A DNA stretch of 64,000 nt from Candidatus Tiamatella incendiivivens (GTDB lineage: Archaea > Thermoproteota > Thermoprotei_A > Sulfolobales > Acidilobaceae): assembly GCA_015522635.1 (NCBI GenBank), contig WALW01000010.1, forward strand, positions 14,640-78,639, in the 5' to 3' direction. The position numbers and the translations under genes were made by a program. The first letter of the stretch is position 1; every line of letters begins with the position of its first letter. Of this stretch, positions 19,375-28,205 are shown one piece after another. The notes beneath the pieces were generated by a model. It worked only from the letters and a program-made list of their open reading frames with translations, was not told the origin of the DNA and ran no database searches.

Positions 19375-22062
19375 TTACTCCCCCAATTTACGCCCTAGCA
19401 TAGACAACCATGCTATGAATGCTGTGAGCTGAATATCGTCATCTGATCCCTCGACTACCCTGAAATGAATCTCTCCCAGATAGTCAGCTATTAGTATCCT
19501 GTATTCCTCAGGTACCTGTATTTTATTTCCAAACAACTCCCGGTGAATTTGCTTCAAGACGTCAGTACCTGCCAACCCGTATTCTATCATAAGCTTCCTA
19601 AGCTTCGACCTGGCAAGGTCGAAGTCTCCCTTCAGAGCTGTTTGAACCATCTCTCTTATTTCAACAGGATGGGCAAGGCCAACTACTTTGTAAACCATTG
19701 AAACCGTTACCTTCCCAAGAGAAGCAGCTGCTTGAAGCACATTTATAGCCTTCCTCATGTCCCCCTCTGATATGTCGAATATACTTTCTAATGCATCTTC
19801 ATCATACTCTATACCCTCATTCTCCAATATATATGCAAGCCTGGAAACCACATCTTCCTTGCTAAGCGGTGTAAACCTGAACAACGCGCAGCGACTCTGA
19901 ATAGGGTCAATAATCCTGGAAGGATAGTTCGCTATGAGTATAAACCTAGTCGAAACCGTATAAAGCTCCATAAGCCTTCTCAGAGCCTGTTGTGCATCAC
20001 TAGTCATATTATCAGCTTCATCCAATAAAACTATCCTAAACGGTATCCCTGGCGGTGTCCTACTCCTCGCAAACTCCTTAACCTTGCTTCTAATAATATC
20101 AATTCCCCTCTCATCCGATGCATTCAACTCCAAGAAATAAGTCCTATAATCTTCCCCATATAGATCATGGGCAAGCGCATGTGCCGCTGTTGTATTATGC
20201 AATATTACTGGTCCATAACCTCCAATGAAATTCCCTAGCTCTGGCACAGTTAAATCATACACTACGGTTTCTTCTTCGACGGTTTTAATTGATTTAATAT
20301 CATCCCAGAATACATCGAGCTGTAAAATATTATTAGTATCATAGAGTGCTTCTGCTATTTCTTTGTACAGTATAAGAAGCCCATCGTAAACAACTTGTCT
20401 TAGTTGGTCTAATTTCCTAATCCTATCTGCTCTGATGTTATCTTTTAACATGGTTTTTACCGATGAACCAAACGGATAGAGCCGTCTCCCTACATACTCA
20501 TAGCTTAGATATTTTCGAATGGAGCCGTCTAAAACGGCCCTGTACTTATTCAACGAATTGACAGAGTCAAGATTATTGATCAGCTTAATTACTGTATTTA
20601 AACGCGGTATCCCTTGCTCATTCTTATACTCAAACACTCTGAATCTTCTTCCCATTGAAACTTTTAGTGTGTCGAGTTCTCCTATGATTTGATTCGTCAG
20701 GGGTTCAAGCGGATTTCTTAGTACCTCTAGCCTCTGCTCTATATCCATTAATAATCTTTGAAGATCTGGGATGATTTTTGCTGCTAAATTATTGAATGTT
20801 TCTACTCCAATTCTTTCTTCTTCTAGGAGCAGCCTCTTTTCTGCTTTTGTAAGATCCCTTGATAGATGCTTACTTAGTTTCGGTATAACTCTCCTCAAGC
20901 TATGTGGGATGTAAACAGTATCAACACCATCCATGGTTTCACGGTTTTTCAAGAGACTCATTATAACTGGCTTCTTCTTTGGATGTATAAGACCTATGTT
21001 GTTTATAAAAGTGTTTAACTGTTTTTCTCCAGGTACGATTATATTGTAATATACGTTATTTTCGGTTCTTTCTTCTTCAAGCCTTGCAATTACACCTAAT
21101 ATATTAAATGCATACAGCAGATCTAATGCCACAGCTTTACTCGAAGTGTTAATAATAACACCGGTTTTATCAATAGTTCCACCTGCATCCGTATAAGCAC
21201 GTAAAAATGCCGCAAGTGTTTTCTTTGATTTCCACACAAATGGAGGAATCCCGGCTCCCCCGGCTTTTCTTCCACGAACATCGCTCTTCCCCGTAATATC
21301 TTCCACAATATTTCTCTTATTCACCCTAATTCTAAGGGTTCTTCCTATCGGAAATTCCTCCCTCGCATCTGTTCCATAGATTAACTGGAACAATAATTTT
21401 ACTCTTGAGCGCAGGGTGTGGCCGCTATTATGGAAAGTAACATATGAGCTATTATCCATTGTATTTATATATACGTCACCGTTAGCCAATATGTAACCTG
21501 TTAATTCTGCTAAAAGTACTTCCTTTTCTTCTATGATGCTTTCACTTATATTGATAGTCCTAGGAACCGCTATCTTCATATCTTTATCGATCCCGGGAGG
21601 TAGCTTCCAATCTATCCTACCATACCTATTCATCACCAAGAGAGGGTGTCTCAGTGTAACTTCTATTTTTCTTCCACTTGAAAGCTCTATTTTCACTATA
21701 AAGTTTGTTTTTCCTCTATAGATATGAGATGTTTTAGCTGGAATTATCCTCCCATTCTTACTGAGAGAATAGATAGACACATTTGCCTCTTCAAAGACCT
21801 CTTCCCCCTTAACTTTCCTGGATTGTATTATTTCCTCAATTATTTCTCCTATCTTTCTCGGCCCATTATTTGTTAGTACTGGGGTATTATAGGTAACGCA
21901 TTTACCTGTACCAGGCGGGCCAGCGAATAAAAGGTGCGGCATGTTTTTTTCTCCTATAAATTTCTGCATTCTAATAACTATTTCCTTCTGGTTTATGATG
22001 TTTTTCAGCGTCTTGGGACGGTATTTTTCGACCCACAGTAACTCGTATATTTCACTGCTCAA
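19375..22062 (-). CDS. rfcS: Replication factor C small subunit, interrupted by an intein
   Basis: Extein LWVEKYRPKTLKNI...LLFAGPPGTGK | TTAAHALAHDLYG...VLLDEADNMT...SRCALFRF. The joined exteins total 326 aa. Confidence 0.92.
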   Translation of the reverse strand: MSSEIYELLWVEKYRPKTLKNIINQKEIVIRMQKFIGEKNMPHLLFAGPPGTGKCVTYNTPVLTNNGPRKIGEIIEEIIQSRKVKGEEVFEEANVSIYSLSKNGRIIPAKTSHIYRGKTNFIVKIELSSGRKIEVTLRHPLLVMNRYGRIDWKLPPGIDKDMKIAVPRTINISESIIEEKEVLLAELTGYILANGDVYINTMDNSSYVTFHNSGHTLRSRVKLLFQLIYGTDAREEFPIGRTLRIRVNKRNIVEDITGKSDVRGRKAGGAGIPPFVWKSKKTLAAFLRAYTDAGGTIDKTGVIINTSSKAVALDLLYAFNILGVIARLEEERTENNVYYNIIVPGEKQLNTFINNIGLIHPKKKPVIMSLLKNRETMDGVDTVYIPHSLRRVIPKLSKHLSRDLTKAEKRLLLEEERIGVETFNNLAAKIIPDLQRLLMDIEQRLEVLRNPLEPLTNQIIGELDTLKVSMGRRFRVFEYKNEQGIPRLNTVIKLINNLDSVNSLNKYRAVLDGSIRKYLSYEYVGRRLYPFGSSVKTMLKDNIRADRIRKLDQLRQVVYDGLLILYKEIAEALYDTNNILQLDVFWDDIKSIKTVEEETVVYDLTVPELGNFIGGYGPVILHNTTAAHALAHDLYGEDYRTYFLELNASDERGIDIIRSKVKEFARSRTPPGIPFRIVLLDEADNMTSDAQQALRRLMELYTVSTRFILIANYPSRIIDPIQSRCALFRFTPLSKEDVVSRLAYILENEGIEYDEDALESIFDISEGDMRKAINVLQAAASLGKVTVSMVYKVVGLAHPVEIREMVQTALKGDFDLARSKLRKLMIEYGLAGTDVLKQIHRELFGNKIQVPEEYRILIADYLGEIHFRVVEGSDDDIQLTAFIAWLSMLGRKLGE
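20194..21900 (-). mobile_element. Intein (569 aa) with LAGLIDADG homing-endonuclease domain in the rfcS P-loop
   Basis: Starts with Cys (codon 21898-21900) right after GPPGTGK and ends ..NFIGGYGPVILHN (Asn codon 20194-20196) before +1 Thr. Endonuclease blocks are LAELTGYILANGDVY and LAAFLRAYTDAGGTI. Confidence 0.9.
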
Positions 22063-22191
22063 CGCTTAAGCACCTTTTTGAAGCGTGGTTTATCCTATTT
22101 GTTCATATTTGACTGTTGCGATATAAAACCCTGCGAACTAATGGTTTTGATGGAAACCCTATTATCACAGTTTACACAATATTAATGATAG

Positions 22192-22779
22192 ATGTTGGGG
22201 GATTATTGGAGTTGTGGTTCCATGACTGATATTCGTGACAGGCTTAAACTGCTTGAAGGGGATTACGAGTTGGAGCCTGTTAGAGTTCTAGTACTGAGGG
22301 AGGCGGAAATACCGGCGCCTTCCGGGGTTACTGTAGTCCAGAGAGGCGAAGAACTAGATCTTCCCAGGTGGCAAGCAAGGAAGCTTCGGGATAGCGGTAT
22401 AGTCGAGATAAAGGAAGCCGAGATCGGTTCTGAGGAGATCGCTCGAGTTCATTTTACAGAAGTCAACTCTAGAGGCGCGATTCAGTTAGCCCAGCTTCCC
22501 CCTAGGTTCTACTTGAAGGTTAGAGAATACATTGAGAACTTGAATAGAGCTATAAAAGAAAACCCTAGTCCCTCATTATTCAATGATAGAGCGAATACAG
22601 AGAAGCTTCTCGCGGATATTGTAGACAGGAGGCTTAACAAGATAGTGAGACTTGTTGTTGCAGGCGGTGACGATAGTGTGTTAGATAAGATGACTCCTGA
22701 GGAAAAGATATTGTATAAAACGCTTCTTGAAACTTTGAAGACTTGGCGTGAAGGAATCATAGGTTATCTAGGAAGGTGA
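22192..22779 (+). CDS. GINS subunit (Gins23-like), likely start ATG 22222
   Basis: RGEELDLPRWQARKLRDSGIVEI is the typical GINS E-x-LP-x-W-x-A-x-x-L motif. It sits immediately upstream of mcm, the gins23-mcm arrangement known from Sulfolobus. Confidence 0.65.
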   Translation: MLGDYWSCGSMTDIRDRLKLLEGDYELEPVRVLVLREAEIPAPSGVTVVQRGEELDLPRWQARKLRDSGIVEIKEAEIGSEEIARVHFTEVNSRGAIQLAQLPPRFYLKVREYIENLNRAIKENPSPSLFNDRANTEKLLADIVDRRLNKIVRLVVAGGDDSVLDKMTPEEKILYKTLLETLKTWREGIIGYLGR

Positions 22780-22786
22780 TTAGGCT

Positions 22787-24892
22787 TTGACTATAGAGGT
22801 TGAGTTGGCTGGGAGAGAGGCGTATATAGACTTCCTGAGGAACTTCAGGGATAGAAGCGGTGCTCTGAAATATATGGAGAGAATAAGGAGAATGATTAAC
22901 CTCAGGCAGAAAAGCCTTATCATAGACTATCTAGACCTCTATACATACAAACTAGACCTTGCAATGGAATTAGTCGAGAATCCGCAGAAGAGCTTAAAGG
23001 ATGTTGCTGCAGCTATACGGGAAATAGTGTTAGTAGAGGATCCTGAATACGCTGAGAAGGCGGGTGAATTCTATCCTAGAATAAGGGGCCTACCGGAAAC
23101 AACTCCAATTAGAAGCATCAAAGCCGATTACATTGGTAGACTAGTTCAAGTGGAGGGAATCGTGACGAGAGTCACGCCGATAAAAGAGAAAATGATCAAA
23201 GCTGCATACAGGCACGTGATCCAGGACCCTAATTGTGATGGGGAACTCTTCTACTATCCGGAGGAAGGCGAGATAGAGGACAGACTGGAAAGACCGCTCA
23301 TATGCCCTAGATGCGGCAGGTCCGGCGGGAAATTCGATCTGGTCAGGGAGAGATCAGTCTTTGTTGACTGGCAGAAAATAAGTGTCCAAGAAAAACCGGA
23401 GGAAACTCCAGGGGGACAGCTTCCAAGAAGCATTCAAGTAAGGCTAACTCGTGATCTAGTCGATATAGCCAGGCCGGGGGATAGAGTCACAATCGTAGGA
23501 ACCGTACGCTTAAGCCATGACACGCAGTCTAAACCCTATTTCACACCCTTCATAGAAGCAATATCCGTGAGTGTATCGCAGAAAATGCTGGAAGAGGTAG
23601 TGATAACTAGGGAAGACGAGGAGAAAATAAGGGAACTAGCGAGTGACCCATGGATAGTTCAGAAGATCGTTCTAAGCATAGCACCTAGCTTATACGGAAT
23701 GTGGAGTGAGAAAGAATCCATAGCATACCTCCTATTCGGTGGGGTACCAAAATTCACTCCAGATGGGACAAGGATTAGAGGCGATATACACGTACTACTT
23801 GTAGGAGATCCTGGTACAGGTAAATCGCAAATCCTGCAAAGCGCAGTCAAGCTAGCCCCTAGAGGAATATATACTAGCGGTAAAGGATCGACGGCAGCTG
23901 GATTGACGGCTGCAGTTCTAAGAGACACGACAACAGGGGAATGGTATCTAGAGGCAGGAGCGCTTGTAATAGCGGATGGAGGAATAGCTGCTATAGACGA
24001 GATAGATAAAATGAGGGAAGAGGATAGGAGTGCGATACATGAAGCAATGGAGCAACAGACGGTTAGCATAGCAAAAGCCGGTATAGTCGCTAGCCTGAAT
24101 AGTAGGACGAGCGTGTTAGCAGCCGGCAACCCTAAGTTCGGAAGATACGATGAGACATTGTCGATACCGGAAAACCTCAACTTACCGCCTCCTATAGTTT
24201 CCAGGTTTGATCTAATTTGGCTTCTAAAGGATAAACCCAACGAGAAGAAAGACAGGGCACTTGCAGAGTATGTACTAAATGTTCACAGTGATGTTGACAA
24301 GTTTTCACCTCCAGTAAACCCTGACCTACTCAAGAAATACATAAGCTATGCAAGGCGCTATGTCAAGCCTAGGATATCGAGGGAGGCAGCTAAGCTCATA
24401 GAGGAGTTCTATGTTAATATGAGGAAGAAAGCCCTGGAATTCGAGAAAACAGGTGAAATGGGTGGAACACCGCCTATACCCATAACAACCAGGCAGCTCG
24501 AAGCTCTTATCAGGCTTACTGAGGCTCATGCAAGGCTGAAACTGAAGCAAGTAGCCGACGATGAAGACGCGGCGGCTGCTATCAGGCTTATGGACGAGTT
24601 CCTTCACAACATCAATCTTGATGTTGAGACAGGTTTACCTGATATTGATTCTTTGACGACTGGTAGGACGAGGAGGAAGAGGGAGATTATTAAGATGGTT
24701 ACAAGGATAATAAAGGAGCTGAGTTCAGCTAGCGAGAAGAAGTGTGCTTTAATTGATGATATTTACCAGAGGGCTAGGACTAGGGATATAGGTGACGAGG
24801 AGGTGAGAGAAGTTCTAAGACTCCTGAGCTCGGAGGGCTCAGTGTTCTTCAAGACTGAGGGAGGTAAGAGGTGTTATAGCCTCGTAGAATAG
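22787..24892 (+). CDS. mcm: MCM replicative helicase
   Basis: 701 aa with Zn motif CPRCGRSG, Walker A LLVGDPGTGKSQ, Walker B AAIDEIDKM, arginine finger SRFDLIW, and a C-terminal wHTH. Confidence 0.95.
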   Translation: MTIEVELAGREAYIDFLRNFRDRSGALKYMERIRRMINLRQKSLIIDYLDLYTYKLDLAMELVENPQKSLKDVAAAIREIVLVEDPEYAEKAGEFYPRIRGLPETTPIRSIKADYIGRLVQVEGIVTRVTPIKEKMIKAAYRHVIQDPNCDGELFYYPEEGEIEDRLERPLICPRCGRSGGKFDLVRERSVFVDWQKISVQEKPEETPGGQLPRSIQVRLTRDLVDIARPGDRVTIVGTVRLSHDTQSKPYFTPFIEAISVSVSQKMLEEVVITREDEEKIRELASDPWIVQKIVLSIAPSLYGMWSEKESIAYLLFGGVPKFTPDGTRIRGDIHVLLVGDPGTGKSQILQSAVKLAPRGIYTSGKGSTAAGLTAAVLRDTTTGEWYLEAGALVIADGGIAAIDEIDKMREEDRSAIHEAMEQQTVSIAKAGIVASLNSRTSVLAAGNPKFGRYDETLSIPENLNLPPPIVSRFDLIWLLKDKPNEKKDRALAEYVLNVHSDVDKFSPPVNPDLLKKYISYARRYVKPRISREAAKLIEEFYVNMRKKALEFEKTGEMGGTPPIPITTRQLEALIRLTEAHARLKLKQVADDEDAAAAIRLMDEFLHNINLDVETGLPDIDSLTTGRTRRKREIIKMVTRIIKELSSASEKKCALIDDIYQRARTRDIGDEEVREVLRLLSSEGSVFFKTEGGKRCYSLVE

Positions 24893-24922
24893 TTATAACA
24901 TGGTCTCTGTATACTTTTAGGA

Positions 24923-27106
24923 GTGCTAATGGAATTGAAGATAAACGGTAAGCCGCGGAAGCTATTAGAATGCCTGGGAATACGAGAACTATATCCGCCT
25001 CAGATAGAGGCGGTTGAGAAAGGCCTGCTCGAGGGTAAGAACCTTCTAGTCACAACTCCTACGGCTAGCGGTAAAACTCTAGTGGCAGCACTAGGCATAG
25101 CCTCACAAGTCAATGGAGGAGTATCTAAAGCTTTCTACACTGTTCCCCTGAGAAGTATTGCCTTCGAGAAGAAGATGTTCTTCGAAGCGGTAGGCAGATG
25201 TCTTGGTTATAGAGTGGAGACCATCGTAGGAGACCTCGAAGTACCTGAATGGAAGCTCAAGAAAGCTGATATAGTCGTGTCCACCTATGAGAAGATGGAT
25301 AGTATCATAAGGAAAAACCCGGACTTCCTAACGGAAATAGGCGTCGGCGTCATAGACGAACTCCACTATATATCAGACCCGAAGAGAGGGCCTATTGTAG
25401 AACTAATAGTATCAGCACTAAAGTATAAGGCGCCCCAGATACAGCTTATAGGATTATCTGCCACGGTCTCTAATGCAGAGGAAATAGCTGACTGGATCAA
25501 TGCAAGGCTAGTAAAGACGAACTGGAGGCCAGTTCCCCTAAGAGAAGGAGTGTATAGGGACGGGTTCATATACTATGCTAACGGTAAAACCGAGCCAGTA
25601 TCTCAGAGAACGGGGAATCCGACAATAGATCTCGTCTTGCAAGTATCAAGTAAAGGGGGCCAAAGCATAGTCTTCGTCCAGAGCCGCAGGAAAGCAGTAA
25701 GCCTAGCCAAGAAAATAACATCAAAACACAAGCATCTAAACTACGATCATAAAAACTCGTTAGAAGCTGCGGAGAGAATAAAGAAAACGTCTGAGAGAAC
25801 AGAGCTAAGTGAGATACTATCCTCACTAGTATCCAAGGGAGTATCATTCCACCATGCAGGGCTCTCCAACCAGCAGAGAACCGCAATAGAGGATGCCTTC
25901 AGAAGGCAGGGAATAAACGTCATAGTGGCAACACCGACGCTTGCCGCCGGTGTAAATCTGCCTGCGAGATATGTAGTTGTAGATGAATACGTAAGGTATG
26001 AGGAAGGCTTCAGGACACCGATAAGCGTATCTGAGTACAAGCAATTAGCTGGTAGAGCAGGCCGCCCCGGATATGACGAAGTTGGTACAGCAGTTATCGT
26101 AGCCAGACCATCAGACGATCCTGAGGAGTTAATTGACTATTACATCAAAAGACAGCCTGAGCCTTTGCACAGTAAATTAGCGAATAAAAGGGTTCTCAGA
26201 ATAATATTGTTAGCCTCAATAGCATCTGGGTTAGCTAGGAGGAACAAGGATATAGATAAGCTGGTAATGAACACTCTATACGCAGCCCAGACACAGAGTA
26301 GGACGATCATAAGCTTCATACTAAAAGAATCTATCAAAGATCTAGCCAAATGGAATATGATTGTAGAAGAGAGAGGTATTTACCAGCCAACCCGTCTAGG
26401 CCTCTTAACCAGTCTACTCTACCTTGATCCTATGTCTTCTAAATTCATAACGGAATACTTGAGGAAAAGGCCTCTCAAGAGTGTTTTCGGTATACTGCAC
26501 CTGGTATCAATGACAGAAGACGCTCAGCTGGTTAGGCTGCAGAGAAGAGATATAGAAGCACTATACAAGCTTATAGATGAAAGGTATTCAGAGCTTATAG
26601 TGGCACCCGAGAAATTCATAGATGATGAAGCTAGGTATCTTCAGGCTGTGAAAACTGCTGCACTCCTTGAGGACTGGGTTAACGAAACTCCTCTCAAAGA
26701 CATTGAGTCCAAATATAATGTCGGCCCTGGCGATGTCTCATCTATCGTTGAGACAAGTGTTTGGCTAGTATACTCGGTCTCCAGGATAGTGGCACTCTTC
26801 CCGGAGACCCAGGATTTACAAGGGTTTGCTAAGAGGCTGGAGGAAAGGCTTAAGTATGGTGTCAAAGAAGAGGTCCTCGAGCTGACTAGGATAAGGGGAG
26901 TAGGTAGAGTGAGAGCCAGATTGCTCTATAAATACGGGTATAAGACTGTTGCTGATCTAAAGAAGGCTGAATTGGAGGATTTAGTTAAGATACCTACAAT
27001 AGGCTATATAGTAGCCCGCGAGATCCTCGAGCAACTAGGTGTCCATGTGGAGGGGTCAGAGGAGAAAGAGAAAATTGAAAGGCATGGGATACTTTCATTC
27101 ACCTAG
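24923..27106 (+). CDS. hel308: Hel308/Hjm (Ski2-like) DNA helicase
   Basis: PPQIEAV, TPTASGKT, DELH, LSATVSN, HHAGL, AGRAGRPGYD, and a C-terminal HhH (RIRGVGRVRARLL). The true start is probably ATG 24929. Confidence 0.9.
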   Translation: MLMELKINGKPRKLLECLGIRELYPPQIEAVEKGLLEGKNLLVTTPTASGKTLVAALGIASQVNGGVSKAFYTVPLRSIAFEKKMFFEAVGRCLGYRVETIVGDLEVPEWKLKKADIVVSTYEKMDSIIRKNPDFLTEIGVGVIDELHYISDPKRGPIVELIVSALKYKAPQIQLIGLSATVSNAEEIADWINARLVKTNWRPVPLREGVYRDGFIYYANGKTEPVSQRTGNPTIDLVLQVSSKGGQSIVFVQSRRKAVSLAKKITSKHKHLNYDHKNSLEAAERIKKTSERTELSEILSSLVSKGVSFHHAGLSNQQRTAIEDAFRRQGINVIVATPTLAAGVNLPARYVVVDEYVRYEEGFRTPISVSEYKQLAGRAGRPGYDEVGTAVIVARPSDDPEELIDYYIKRQPEPLHSKLANKRVLRIILLASIASGLARRNKDIDKLVMNTLYAAQTQSRTIISFILKESIKDLAKWNMIVEERGIYQPTRLGLLTSLLYLDPMSSKFITEYLRKRPLKSVFGILHLVSMTEDAQLVRLQRRDIEALYKLIDERYSELIVAPEKFIDDEARYLQAVKTAALLEDWVNETPLKDIESKYNVGPGDVSSIVETSVWLVYSVSRIVALFPETQDLQGFAKRLEERLKYGVKEEVLELTRIRGVGRVRARLLYKYGYKTVADLKKAELEDLVKIPTIGYIVAREILEQLGVHVEGSEEKEKIERHGILSFT

Positions 27107-28032
27107 ACTTCGAGGAATACGGGCTCCTCGTCGGTTGAAACCATACCTTTATACTTGTCAAGATTTTTCCTAACGAATAATGGTAAACTCCTCATCCATA
27201 GTAGGGACTGGAAATCAAGCGTCTCAAGCCCACCTTTAATTCTCTTCACTCTATTATTAAAAGTCTCCTCATCGAGTGATGACAGTCTATACTTCATGCC
27301 TGTAAGATTGAACCCCCACATACTGTCAAACCCCCTCATATACGTCATATATGGTTCAACCCGATCGAACACCGATTCTAGGGTGGATTTTATTATCCCC
27401 ATAGCGCGAGGAGTCGACGTTGGGCTGGTGCTCTGCGTAACGAATATACCGTCACTAGAAAGAAGCTCCTTCAGCTTCATATAGAACTCTCTAGTATAAA
27501 GCTTAACAGCAGGGCCGGCCTCGAGAGGGTCAACCAAATCACCTATAATAACGTCGAACTCTTCCTTACTAGCGTTCTCAAACACGTATCTTCTAGCATC
27601 TTCGATTAACAGTTCAAGCCTCTCATCCTCAAACGATCCCTGATGCCACTCCGGGAGTAGTTTCTTAGCAAGCTCAATTAACTCGTTGTCAATATCGACC
27701 ATAACCACTCTTTCAACCGTGTTGTATTTAAGAGCTTCTCTAGCAGTAGCACCCTCTCCGCCTCCCAGGATTAAAACCCTTCTAGGGTTCGGGTGGAGCA
27801 GCATAGGTGGGTGGACGAGAGCTTCATGGTAAACCTTCTCATCGAGAAGGGTGGACTGAATCTTACCGTCCAAGATAAGCGATTTACCGTAAACTCCTAA
27901 ATCCATAACCTCAACCCGCTGGTGCTTCGTTGACCCGGTATAGTACACTTTGAACACCTTAGTCAGATGGCCATCATCCAGGGTATCCCATTCAACATGC
28001 CAGTTCCAGTAATACATCCCTGTATCTTTCAA
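27103..28032 (-). CDS. speE: Spermidine synthase / polyamine aminopropyltransferase
   Basis: LDGKIQSTLLDEKVYHEALVHP, LILGGGEGATAREALKY, VMVDIDNELIELAKK, IIGDLVDP. Confidence 0.85.
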   Translation of the reverse strand: MKDTGMYYWNWHVEWDTLDDGHLTKVFKVYYTGSTKHQRVEVMDLGVYGKSLILDGKIQSTLLDEKVYHEALVHPPMLLHPNPRRVLILGGGEGATAREALKYNTVERVVMVDIDNELIELAKKLLPEWHQGSFEDERLELLIEDARRYVFENASKEEFDVIIGDLVDPLEAGPAVKLYTREFYMKLKELLSSDGIFVTQSTSPTSTPRAMGIIKSTLESVFDRVEPYMTYMRGFDSMWGFNLTGMKYRLSSLDEETFNNRVKRIKGGLETLDFQSLLWMRSLPLFVRKNLDKYKGMVSTDEEPVFLEV

Positions 28033-28205
28033 GATATACCACCTCTATTCAACCCTTGAAGATTGTGTTTAATAAGAATAAAGGGTTGACGTTGTTACTA
28101 CCGTTGCTCTGCTAAGAAAGGGAAAGATGTTTTTAATGTAATTGTCATATACAAACCACCGTAGTTTTGTGCTGACATTGAAAGGGTTGGGAGAGGCATG
28201 GCAAA

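Noticed and set aside
22135-22165. GGTTTTGATGGAAACC in the rfcS/gins divergent region, resembling an ORB core
   Set aside because: It is a single short copy without a partner box or a long AT-rich unwinding element, so it is more simply part of the divergent promoters.
23659-24240. 193-aa ORF antisense to mcm, plus similar antisense ORFs inside hel308, hutU, etfAB, the acyl-CoA ligase, cydA and lipA
   Set aside because: All are embedded in strongly supported genes on the other strand and have no motifs. I treat them as shadow ORFs.
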